Virus record (IMG/VR): IMGVR_UViG_3300027804_002812
Location: 32,001-96,000 of that record
Strand: one strand, 5' to 3'
Source of the DNA: a virus
Lineage: Duplodnaviria; Caudoviricetes
DNA: 64,000 bases
Shown: piece by piece, positions 50,103 to 59,263 of the stretch
Numbering within the stretch: position 1 is the first letter of the stretch
Layout: every line of letters begins with the position of its first letter
Position numbers and translations under genes: made by a program
The notes under the pieces: generated by a model
Told to the model about the DNA's origin: nothing
Seen by the model: the letters and a program-made list of their open reading frames with translations, nothing else
The model's database searches: none

Positions 50103-51854
50103 ATGAATGTAAGTCTAGAATCGAAAGCATTAGCACTATTGGAATCTTATGAAGGTGGAAATAACTATTTGCTTGAACTCAAACGAAAGTCTCAAATAAA
50201 TAAAAAATTCTATCCAACAAGAAGCCAATCTGAGTATATTATCAATAACCATAACAACCAACCAAAGGTTGCAAAGAAGTGGGTTATACTAGACGCATAC
50301 TTTGCAAAAAAGTTAGCGGATGACAAATTATATACCATAATACCTGATAGAGTATGGGTTGAAAAACTATTGTGTGATACAGAAAAAGCATTTCACATTT
50401 GGGGTAAGGTGTTCGAAACTGAAGAATTCCACGATTTTTGGTTACCAAAAGCAGCAATTATAAAAGACAATTCAGTTAAAGATGTTGTTATAGATTATGA
50501 AAAATATTCTCATAGACCTCCACTCCAACATCAAAAAGAATCAATCCAAAAACTTGTTGAAAATAAAAAATTCATATTAGCTGACGATATGGGTTTGGGA
50601 AAAACCACTTCAACAATCATCGCAGCTTTAGAAACAGGAGCAAAGAAGATTCTTATCATTTGTCCTGCAACTCTGAAGATTAATTGGAAACGAGAAATAG
50701 AAAATTACTCGGACAGATCGATATTCATATCTGAAGGAAAAACTTTTAGTACCGAACACGATTTTGTAATCATAAACTACGACATTATTAAAAACTTTCA
50801 TGACACTAAGAAAAAAGATGAATCGCAAGTTATTGCTGCCAATTTTGATTTGGTGGTCGTTGACGAAGCACACTATATCAAGAATCCTACGGCCCAAAGA
50901 ACAAAACTAATCAACGACATCGCAAAAAATGTTGATAGACTATGGTTATTGACAGGTACCCCGATGACATCAAGGCCAATGGACTATTTCAACTTGTTAC
51001 ATCTTATTGAATCACCTGTCGCCCGTAACTGGATGGCATATGCTATCAGATATTGCAGCGGATATCAATTTAATGTTGGAGGACGTAAAGTTTGGAACGT
51101 GACAGGGTCATCTAATTTGGAAGAACTACGGGACAGAACCACAGGTCTTGTCTTACGAAGACTCAAAGAAAACGTATTGGACTTACCTGAAAAAATAATC
51201 ACCCCTGTTTATTTGAGATTGAAGTCAAAGGCATACGAAGAAGTGATGGGAGAGTATTATGATTGGTACGATAAAAATCCCGAAGAATCAAAATCACTCA
51301 CGGTTCAATTTACTAAACTCACGAAAGTACGACAAATCATTGCCGATGAAAAAATAAGTCAAACGATTGAGATCGCTGAGAACATTATTGAACAAGACAA
51401 GAAAGTGATTATTTTTTGTAACTTCACTGACTCCTTAAATAAAATTTGTCAACATTTTGGAAAAACTGCAGTCAAAGTGGATGGGTCTATGGCTCAACAT
51501 GAACGTCAATTTAGTGTTGACCAATTCCAAGAAAATGATAAAGTAAAAGTATTTGTAGGTAACATTAAAGCTTCAGGAACAGGAATTACATTAACTTCTG
51601 GGGAGGTTGTAATTTTCAATGATTTATCATTTTTGCCGTCAGATATGGCACAAGCTGAAGATAGGGCATATCGTTATGGCCAAAAAAATAACGTGTTAGT
51701 TTATTATCCAATATTTGATAACAGTATTGAAGCAATTATTTACGACATCGTTAATGCAAAGAAAAAAGTAATTGCAACAGTAATGGGTGATGATAAAAAT
51801 ACTGCAGACGCTGCTGAAGAAATTATGAATAAAATTCACCAATTAAGGAAATAA
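50103..51854 (+). CDS. SNF2-family ATPase/helicase (SMARCAL1/HARP-like)
   Basis: ILADDMGLGKT, VVDEAH, LLTGTP, GITLT and QAEDRAYRYGQ motifs. Confidence 0.92.
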   Translation: MNVSLESKALALLESYEGGNNYLLELKRKSQINKKFYPTRSQSEYIINNHNNQPKVAKKWVILDAYFAKKLADDKLYTIIPDRVWVEKLLCDTEKAFHIWGKVFETEEFHDFWLPKAAIIKDNSVKDVVIDYEKYSHRPPLQHQKESIQKLVENKKFILADDMGLGKTTSTIIAALETGAKKILIICPATLKINWKREIENYSDRSIFISEGKTFSTEHDFVIINYDIIKNFHDTKKKDESQVIAANFDLVVVDEAHYIKNPTAQRTKLINDIAKNVDRLWLLTGTPMTSRPMDYFNLLHLIESPVARNWMAYAIRYCSGYQFNVGGRKVWNVTGSSNLEELRDRTTGLVLRRLKENVLDLPEKIITPVYLRLKSKAYEEVMGEYYDWYDKNPEESKSLTVQFTKLTKVRQIIADEKISQTIEIAENIIEQDKKVIIFCNFTDSLNKICQHFGKTAVKVDGSMAQHERQFSVDQFQENDKVKVFVGNIKASGTGITLTSGEVVIFNDLSFLPSDMAQAEDRAYRYGQKNNVLVYYPIFDNSIEAIIYDIVNAKKKVIATVMGDDKNTADAAEEIMNKIHQLRK

Positions 51855-51892
51855 AAGTCAAACTTTTACTATACATATAGATATTTATTATT

Positions 51893-52048
51893 ATGGGAAG
51901 ACCGTCCAAAAAAGAAGAAGATAAAAAAATTAAAATCGGTATTAGTTTAGATAGACAACTTTATAATAAAATTATGAAAGATGGTGGTAAGGTTTCTCGT
52001 ATAATTGAAAAAATAATTAAGGAGTATTGTGGAGACAAAAATTTGTAG
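51893..52048 (+). CDS. Small RHH-like DNA-binding protein with N-terminal GRP (AT-hook-like) motif; absent from the ORF track
   Basis: 51 aa MGRPSKKEEDKKIKIGISLDRQLYNKIMKDGGKVSRIIEKIIKEYCGDKNL; TATTTATT lies 3 nt upstream; overlaps the HNH start by 20 nt. Confidence 0.65.
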   Translation: MGRPSKKEEDKKIKIGISLDRQLYNKIMKDGGKVSRIIEKIIKEYCGDKNL

Positions 52049-52691
52049 TAAGTGTAAGATTAAAAAAGATATTTGTGAATTCAATAAACGAATTACATCT
52101 AAAGACGGAAAGCGAAGTTCTTGTAAAGAATGTGATAATGAAGATATTAAAAAATGGAGACAGAACAACAAAGAGAAATTAAAGTTACAAAGACAGAAAT
52201 ATACCAAAAAACACCATCAAAAAAATTTAGATAGAGGTAAAAAATATAGAGAAAATAACAAAGAAAAACATTTAACTCGTAATAGTAATTGGAGGAAAGA
52301 AAATAAAGAATATTTCATAAAATACTATCAAGAAAACAAAACTAAAATTTCCAAACAATATTCTGAAAGAAAAAAAACAAATATCTTATTCAAGTTATCT
52401 TCATTGTATCGAAGTAAAATAAATAAAGTTTTAGGGTCAAAAAAAAATAACACGACTTTTGAGATTATTGGATGTTCACCTGAAATATTGAAAGACCATC
52501 TTGAAAAACAATTTACTAAAGACATGTCTTGGGATAATCATGGTCTTTTTGGGTGGCATATCGACCATATAGTACCACTATCCTCGGCAAAAACAGAAGA
52601 AGAAGTTTATAAATTATGTCATTATACTAATCTTCAACCATTATGGGCAAAAGATAATTTGAAAAAATCTAACAAGTTGGATTATTTATAG
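52029..52691 (+). CDS. Free-standing HNH homing endonuclease
   Basis: N-terminal CSKC...CKEC zinc motif, Lys-rich linker, and C-terminal WHIDHIVPLS...HYTNLQPLWAKDNLKKSN. Confidence 0.88.
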   Translation: METKICSKCKIKKDICEFNKRITSKDGKRSSCKECDNEDIKKWRQNNKEKLKLQRQKYTKKHHQKNLDRGKKYRENNKEKHLTRNSNWRKENKEYFIKYYQENKTKISKQYSERKKTNILFKLSSLYRSKINKVLGSKKNNTTFEIIGCSPEILKDHLEKQFTKDMSWDNHGLFGWHIDHIVPLSSAKTEEEVYKLCHYTNLQPLWAKDNLKKSNKLDYL

Positions 52692-52707
52692 TAAATTAAA
52701 GCCAACA

Positions 52708-54246
52708 ATGACTAAAGTACAAGAAAAGATTCAACAACTCGAGTTACAAATTGTAGAACAAAAAGTAACACGAGAAAAAGAGTTGTTAATCACAGAAATG
52801 AAAAAAATTGGAATAGAAAAACTACCTTATTCCTACTCAGCTCTAAAGCAATTTATTGACCCTGAAACAATGGATTTCCATTATAACAAACATTACAAGG
52901 GGTATGTTGATAAATTAAACGACGCTCTATCCAAGAAAAAATATGGAGATTTGGAGTTAGAACAAATAATCAAAACAATAAGTCGATTTGACAAAACAAT
53001 TAGAAATAATGCAGGTGGAGCATTTAACCATGCATTGTTTTGGAACATGTTAACACCTGAACCCAAAAGACTCAAAGGGGATTTACAGAAAAAAATTATC
53101 AAGGAGTTCGGTAGTTTTATTTTATTCAAGAAAAAATTCGAAGAGATTGCCAAAGAAAGATTTGGTTCAGGATGGGTTTGGTTAGTTTTGACAGGTAGAA
53201 ATAGTTTGAAAATCATGTCCACCCCAAATCAAGATAATCCTTTAATGAACATTATTGAAGGTGGAGGTTTTCCGTTATTAGGTTTGGATTTATGGGAACA
53301 TGCATACTATCTCAAATATAAAAACAAAAGAGATGAATATATTTCTAACTTTTGGAAAGTGGTGAATTGGGAATTTGTTTCCAAACTTTATGATATGAAA
53401 ACAGAAACAAAACTTTTGGAATCTGTTGAAATGAAAAAAATTATCAAAGAATTCAAAGAACCAAAATTTTGTGATTCAAATGAAATTACTTTTTATAAGG
53501 AATTAATCAACAACCCTAAGATAAAAAAATTATATCAAGATGGTGTTACTGATGTTTTGAAAAAAGTATTTCATGAATATTGGGTGGAGAGTAATGAGAA
53601 AGAAATGTCAGGATTTTATGGGATTGAATCCGACAGTGCTAGATCGGTTTTGAATAACTTGAATACCAACTTTAATACTTTTTGTTTATTGACAAAGGCA
53701 ATCAATAGACAAATAGAGTCAATTAACAAACCGAACAAAAAATTCGATTTTTCTATCAAAGAAAAACGAACAATTAGTGAGGTCAATAGACTTATATCAG
53801 CATTAGATTATTTCAAAAAAGAAATTTTTACAAAAAACAATGAAGATTTTGTTAACATAATCAGTGTTTTGTTAAAACTTTGGGATAGAGGACAAAAATC
53901 TGAAGACAAAGTTCTTTCTAAAATAGAACAATATTTCGGTAAAGATTCTTCAGTTGAAAAGATAGGTGGACACGGTCAAAAGAGTGACGCATTCAAAGGT
54001 ATTGATTTGATTGTTAATGTTGATGGTAAAAAATACACCGCTCAAGTAAAACCTTTTTCTTCTATAAAAAAAGAAGGAGACAAAATTACAGTCTTGAATA
54101 CAGGCAACGTTAAACCATATAACGTAGATTGGATGATATTTATAAACACTAAGTCTAATAAAATTCTAATTATCGAGAATAATCCAATTGAGAGTCGTGA
54201 CCAATATGTTTTCAATGCGTCATCTCTAATTCACGAAATAGATTAA
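52708..54246 (+). CDS. sodA: Fe/Mn superoxide dismutase (Mn-type signature) fused to a C-terminal PD-(D/E)XK-like domain
   Basis: HYNKHY, NNAGGAFNHALFW, FGSGWVWL, TPNQDNP and DLWEHAYY motifs, followed by about 270 extra aa containing KGIDLIV...AQVKP. Confidence 0.85.
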   Translation: MTKVQEKIQQLELQIVEQKVTREKELLITEMKKIGIEKLPYSYSALKQFIDPETMDFHYNKHYKGYVDKLNDALSKKKYGDLELEQIIKTISRFDKTIRNNAGGAFNHALFWNMLTPEPKRLKGDLQKKIIKEFGSFILFKKKFEEIAKERFGSGWVWLVLTGRNSLKIMSTPNQDNPLMNIIEGGGFPLLGLDLWEHAYYLKYKNKRDEYISNFWKVVNWEFVSKLYDMKTETKLLESVEMKKIIKEFKEPKFCDSNEITFYKELINNPKIKKLYQDGVTDVLKKVFHEYWVESNEKEMSGFYGIESDSARSVLNNLNTNFNTFCLLTKAINRQIESINKPNKKFDFSIKEKRTISEVNRLISALDYFKKEIFTKNNEDFVNIISVLLKLWDRGQKSEDKVLSKIEQYFGKDSSVEKIGGHGQKSDAFKGIDLIVNVDGKKYTAQVKPFSSIKKEGDKITVLNTGNVKPYNVDWMIFINTKSNKILIIENNPIESRDQYVFNASSLIHEID

Positions 54247-54264
54247 CAAAGATATTTATATTAT

Positions 54265-55392
54265 ATGTCAGCAATACCAGAACCAGAACGAAGTAGAATA
54301 TACACTAGAATTAAACACCAATTAGGTGCACCACTCAGAAGTGTTGAACTCGAAGACGAAATGTTGGATTCACTAATGGAATTAGCCATCGGGGATTATG
54401 AAGAATATATCCTTCAGTGGTTAATCGATTCACAGTGGGTTAATCTCGTAAACTTGAATATGAATGAAAGATCGGTTGCCAGAGCGTTGGTAACTCGAAC
54501 TATGGATTTTGAACAACAATTCAGCTATTCATATTCTAAAATTGTGGGTCTTCAAACTGAAGGTCCTTGGGTTCTAAAAAAAGATTATTTCATTTTAAGT
54601 GCTAATACACAAACTTATGAAATTCCTGCAGGACGAGAGGTCAATGAACTATTATGGTTTTCTAACCAAGCATGGACTGCATTTGGATTGGGAGGTCTTG
54701 GTGGATTTGGATTTGGTGGTATAGGATTAGGTGCCAATGAAGCGGGTTACGCTCAAATGGGTTATCAAGGGTCTTATTTCATGATGTCAGGTTTTGATTA
54801 CTTGATTAGAATGCAAGAGGCAAACATCCTTAATAGAATCTTAGGTGGTTCCTTGACATATAGAATTACAGGTCTTCCTGATGGTAAAAAACTTATTCAC
54901 TTGTATAATACTCCGGGGGGTAAATTCAACTGGTCAAATTATAACCTTTATGTTGGCAAAGCGGTATGGTATTGGTATTATGATGTTGAACCTGATAGTA
55001 GAGCAGATTGTTTGAAAAACAATCCTGATATTATCAAACTTCCTACTGACGTACCTATTGAAGAACTAACTTGGACAGACATAAATGTACCAGGTCAGCA
55101 GTGGGTAAGAAGATGGTTCACAGCATATTGTAAAGAAACTTTAGCAAGAGTAAGAGGAAAGTACAGTGGTAATCTGAAAACTCCTGACAGTGAAATTACT
55201 ATGGATTATCAAAGTTTGTTGACTGAAGCTAAAGATGAAAAAACTAAATTAGTTGAAGAATTAATTGGTGCCGAGGGTTGGTTGACAAGAATGAGACCTG
55301 ATAAGGTTATGGAGAGAGAAGCGTTAATTGCTGAGAATCTAAATAAACAAATGAAGTTTAGAGCAATGCCTCGACAAATATACGTAATTTAA
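54265..55392 (+). CDS. Neck / head-tail connector protein (gp13-like)
   Basis: IKHQLGAPLRSVELEDEMLD and WVRRWFTAYCKETLARVRGKY patterns; TATTTATA upstream. Confidence 0.7.
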   Translation: MSAIPEPERSRIYTRIKHQLGAPLRSVELEDEMLDSLMELAIGDYEEYILQWLIDSQWVNLVNLNMNERSVARALVTRTMDFEQQFSYSYSKIVGLQTEGPWVLKKDYFILSANTQTYEIPAGREVNELLWFSNQAWTAFGLGGLGGFGFGGIGLGANEAGYAQMGYQGSYFMMSGFDYLIRMQEANILNRILGGSLTYRITGLPDGKKLIHLYNTPGGKFNWSNYNLYVGKAVWYWYYDVEPDSRADCLKNNPDIIKLPTDVPIEELTWTDINVPGQQWVRRWFTAYCKETLARVRGKYSGNLKTPDSEITMDYQSLLTEAKDEKTKLVEELIGAEGWLTRMRPDKVMEREALIAENLNKQMKFRAMPRQIYVI

Positions 55393-55396
55393 TTTT

Positions 55397-55732
55397 ATGG
55401 CAATAGTAAAATCAATACCTTCAAAAAGAATAATTAAAGGAGAAGTTCTAACTGCTTCAGAAATTTCTGTAGTTTCAGAAACCACGTATAGAACCAACGG
55501 AGAAAGTTGTGTTATTGTAAGAGGTGTTGCTCAATCGGTAATAATTTTGGATTCAACAAATACAGACCACGTTGTGGTTAAATCAATGACCAACCTCACC
55601 ATACTTCCTGATGTCGGACTAATCGACGAAGAATATGATGAGGTTGTTGTTGATAAGTTTGCTTGTATAGAATTCAGGTTCGTTGGAGGTAATTGGTATA
55701 TCCTCTCCTCGGACGGTCTAAAACAATCTTAG
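55397..55732 (+). CDS. Hypothetical beta-rich protein
   Basis: 111 aa ending CIEFRFVGGNWYILSSDG, resembling fibre-type C-termini. Confidence 0.55.
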   Translation: MAIVKSIPSKRIIKGEVLTASEISVVSETTYRTNGESCVIVRGVAQSVIILDSTNTDHVVVKSMTNLTILPDVGLIDEEYDEVVVDKFACIEFRFVGGNWYILSSDGLKQS

Positions 55733-55738
55733 ATTTTA

Positions 55739-55957
55739 CTATGAAAGTTTTTCAATAACATACTCGGCAACATAATCTTTACCGTCACTAATGCCCTTAC
55801 TGATTGTTTTCATTAACTTCTTTAATTCTTTAATTTTTACATTCAATTCAGAATAAGAAGGATGCTCATCAAGGAATTCGTATTTCTTATTTTCTTCAAT
55901 TATTCTATTAGCTAATATTGATAGCTCAGATTCTGTTATTCTAATTATCTTCCTCAT
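55739..55957 (-). CDS. Small protein with KIIRITESEL N-terminal motif
   Basis: 72 aa, directly after the polymerase stop codon. Confidence 0.6.
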   Translation of the reverse strand: MRKIIRITESELSILANRIIEENKKYEFLDEHPSYSELNVKIKELKKLMKTISKGISDGKDYVAEYVIEKLS

Positions 55958-55984
55958 TTTATTTTTTTTTATTTCTAATAAATA

Positions 55985-58774
55985 CTAGATACTCTTAATT
56001 TTTTCTTCCCAACCTTCTTCCGCCAAATCATACATATAGAAAGGGCTTAATCCTCTTCTTTCCCAATACTTTAATTCTGCTTCAGTAATATCCAATACAT
56101 CTTCTTTTAATCTGTCTTGGTCTCCATCCGCTAAAGGTTGTCCGTTAATCAACTCACATTGTGATGTTGTAAAAATTCCTCTCTTTTCAGGTTCATTAAC
56201 AATTAAACCGTTTCTAACTTCTTCCTGAAATACAACCATAAGAGGTTCAATTCTTTTATTAAATGTAACAATTGCTCTTGGTACATTGTAATCACCAGTC
56301 AGGTCAGGATTATTATCAAGAATGTCTTTATCTAACATATAACAATTAACCACAACGCCATCTTTAACTTCTAAAGATTTAGGGTCTTGAAGTTTATTTG
56401 CTGCGTTCAAATCTTTTAGTTGTTTCACAGTCATTTTCTGAACATCTCCTTGAGAAGCCTTTGTACCGTTATTAACATACATAATTACGTCTCCCAAGTT
56501 TACATTTAGTCCTTCCTGAATAGCAAGTTCCATGTGTGCCATACGAGACATACTATTACCCGACTTAGTTTTGGTTGTTAATCTTTTCTTGTATTCATCA
56601 ATACCCAACTTCACTTTTGCTCTCTGTGCGATTTTGGAAAGAGGAATCTTCTTGTCATAAATCTTCTGAAGATATTCATAGTAATATTCAACAAATTCTT
56701 TACCATCACCTTTAAGTAACATCTTAATACCTTTATCCAAAAACTCTTCAATATAGATTGGAAGTTTCTTTGATTTGATACTATTACCCGTAAGTTTGAT
56801 TTTCCCCTTCGCATCCATAACTGCGTAGTTTTTACGAGCTAAGTTAATACAGGACGGCCACACACCATCAGTATCCAATGCCATCTCACCCCTCATGAAT
56901 ATGTCATTATATTCCGCAACGTCCGCTTCAGGACCATAATATTCTTTACCCAACTTCACTTTCCAATTCAATCCACGTCCAACATAAACTCTGTTTTTAG
57001 CATCTTCAGGTGTGGAAAAGTTCACACCGTCAGTATCCATTACCAATGGAACATAACCTTTCGCCATGAAGAATTTAATCATTTGACGTAGATATTGTCT
57101 ACCTGTACAAGTAATTTGTTCACCCATATACATGTCACCCCAAGCATAAACCTGAGGAGCGGATAAAGCGCCGAACATGGAGTTAATAAAGATTTTAATT
57201 GGCAATTGTTTGTTACCATAGGACTCTGACTTTTTACGGTCGGTTTCATAGTATTGTTCTGCCAAGTTTTTGTATTTGATACGAGTATCACGGAACCACT
57301 TCAACATACCCTTCATTGCACCCGTAACATCACAGTCAGGAAATACATCGTGTACCAACTGAATTGATGGGTATAGAGACGAGAAGTCAAGTTTGAGTAC
57401 GTCTTTACTATATCCCACCTTAAGTAGTCTGGATAGACCACCAACGAAGTCAGTTTTAGATTCTTTGGCAGGAATTGCAATCTTATGTTTATAAGACCAC
57501 GCCATCATCAACATTTTCCACAATGTTGCAGTACCCATAGTGGATACTCTCTCATAAGTGGTTGGAATCATCGCCGCCAACAAGAATGAACCTTGGTTAA
57601 ATTCTTGGTCAACTTTCAAGGTTTCGTCCAAGTCATCGTCAAGATATCTTTCAACCAAGTTGTCACCTGTCACCTTGAGATAAACATCAGACCTCTCATT
57701 ACAAATTTCATCTATCTTGGGATCTTGTCCAACTTTACGATAGTTACCGTTTTGAGTATTCAGCCAAAACTCTTCCTTCTTAGCATAAAATGGACCAATG
57801 TCCAAGTGATCAATGTAAACTCGGTCAGGTGCTTCAGCGTTAATATATTGTGTAATATACTTCAAACCCGCCGACTTGATACTCGAGTTGATTGCCTGTG
57901 CTCTACGAACCGCATGAATAATATCAATAACATTGTAACCCCAAATAGAAGTTTGAGTATATGACTCAACCTCATTTGCAAGTTTCAACATACTTTCTTT
58001 TCTTGTGAAAGAATGGTCGGGATGTAATGAACGACAAATCTTCTTGGGGTCAATACCCAAGATTTTACATCGTTCGAATATCCAATGCCAGTCGAAGTTT
58101 GCCGAATTGTACCCACCAATAATACTTGGTTTCAATTCATTAATAATACTAAAAAACTCTATGATGGCACCTCGTTCTTGAGATTCATCAATACATTCAA
58201 TTACTTTGTGGTATCCTTTGTTTGTCTTAATTCCAATCATGAATATACGACCGTCTTTTGGTTCCAAGGCGGTCGTTTCTAAGTCAAATACAAGGCGGGT
58301 AACTTGATTATAATCTTCAAACCCTTTGAACAATCTTTTTTCTTTTTGTACCAAGTATTGTTCGACAGGAGAAAGAATCGTAATTTTTTCTTTTGTTCTT
58401 TCTCCCCATGGGTCACATCCACCTTCTCTAAAAAATTGTACAAGTTCACGGTATCCCTTTAGAGATTTAACCATAAAGGTCATACCCTTTTCTAATCTTG
58501 GATTACCGTGTGTCTCGAGTTTATCAATCATGATACCATGTTTGGTCATGGCTTCTTTCTGTGCGGCTTTGGAACCACCATAAAAGTTAATGTCTCGTAA
58601 ATCACCAACCCACGCAAATGGAGTAAACGTATCCTTACGGATTTCTTTACCTTTGCCTGGAATTTCTTTGATTTTGTAAATGGAGTTGGAAGCGTAGTCG
58701 AACTCAATGGCGACTATAAATTCTTCGGGGTCGTTTCCGTGTAGGAACGATTCAATTTCTTTTTCTGTAAACAT
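55985..58774 (-). CDS. Family B DNA polymerase with 3'-5' exonuclease
   Basis: ExoI FDLETT, ExoII GYNSANFD, motif A DFSSLYPSI, motif B KIFINSMFG, motif C MDTDG, and RKNY. No intein seen. Confidence 0.95.
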   Translation of the reverse strand: MFTEKEIESFLHGNDPEEFIVAIEFDYASNSIYKIKEIPGKGKEIRKDTFTPFAWVGDLRDINFYGGSKAAQKEAMTKHGIMIDKLETHGNPRLEKGMTFMVKSLKGYRELVQFFREGGCDPWGERTKEKITILSPVEQYLVQKEKRLFKGFEDYNQVTRLVFDLETTALEPKDGRIFMIGIKTNKGYHKVIECIDESQERGAIIEFFSIINELKPSIIGGYNSANFDWHWIFERCKILGIDPKKICRSLHPDHSFTRKESMLKLANEVESYTQTSIWGYNVIDIIHAVRRAQAINSSIKSAGLKYITQYINAEAPDRVYIDHLDIGPFYAKKEEFWLNTQNGNYRKVGQDPKIDEICNERSDVYLKVTGDNLVERYLDDDLDETLKVDQEFNQGSFLLAAMIPTTYERVSTMGTATLWKMLMMAWSYKHKIAIPAKESKTDFVGGLSRLLKVGYSKDVLKLDFSSLYPSIQLVHDVFPDCDVTGAMKGMLKWFRDTRIKYKNLAEQYYETDRKKSESYGNKQLPIKIFINSMFGALSAPQVYAWGDMYMGEQITCTGRQYLRQMIKFFMAKGYVPLVMDTDGVNFSTPEDAKNRVYVGRGLNWKVKLGKEYYGPEADVAEYNDIFMRGEMALDTDGVWPSCINLARKNYAVMDAKGKIKLTGNSIKSKKLPIYIEEFLDKGIKMLLKGDGKEFVEYYYEYLQKIYDKKIPLSKIAQRAKVKLGIDEYKKRLTTKTKSGNSMSRMAHMELAIQEGLNVNLGDVIMYVNNGTKASQGDVQKMTVKQLKDLNAANKLQDPKSLEVKDGVVVNCYMLDKDILDNNPDLTGDYNVPRAIVTFNKRIEPLMVVFQEEVRNGLIVNEPEKRGIFTTSQCELINGQPLADGDQDRLKEDVLDITEAELKYWERRGLSPFYMYDLAEEGWEEKIKSI

Positions 58775-58838
58775 TTTCTATACACGAGTGGTTTATTGGC
58801 TTTCACACTAACGTGAAGTTTACCTTACTCATCGAGTA

Positions 58839-58869
58839 TAAATATAACGGAAATTTGTGTCTTGTCAAA
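58839..58869 (-). promoter_or_regulatory. Bacteroidota-type promoter for the DNA polymerase gene
   Basis: TTTG-N19-TATATTTA; the -7 box has one mismatch to TAnnTTTG and overlaps a TATTTATA motif. Confidence 0.6.
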
Positions 58870-59247
58870 TTAGCAACATGCAGTTTCAGAAATAAAACTG
58901 TCTTGTATATTAATAAAAAGTTCTTCTCTGATTGGAAGAATCAAACTACCTTCGTCATTTCTGATTAGGAATTGACCCTGATATCTTCCAGGAGTATTTG
59001 TGTCTCTTGAGGTGAACTTGAAATAAATATAGTATTCGGGAGCGGCTCCCAAAGGTAAAATTAAATTAACGATTTCACAAGGTGCTGAAACAATCTTGGG
59101 TATTCCTGTTTCCACATCAATCATGGTAAAAAATATAGTCGAGACCTCAAGGTCTTCCATGAGTTGTTGGTAACCTGCTCTTCCGTCTTTTACCACCTGC
59201 ATTTTTAACACAGGGAGAGTTGCGTTCTTTTTAATATAAAATTCCAT
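58870..59247 (-). CDS. BppU N-terminal-like small structural protein
   Basis: FYIKKNATLPVLKMQV...FTSRDTNTPGRYQGQFLI..G.LILP pattern; TATTTATT lies 3 nt upstream. Confidence 0.5.
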   Translation of the reverse strand: MEFYIKKNATLPVLKMQVVKDGRAGYQQLMEDLEVSTIFFTMIDVETGIPKIVSAPCEIVNLILPLGAAPEYYIYFKFTSRDTNTPGRYQGQFLIRNDEGSLILPIREELFINIQDSFISETACC

Positions 59248-59263
59248 AACAATAAATATACTG

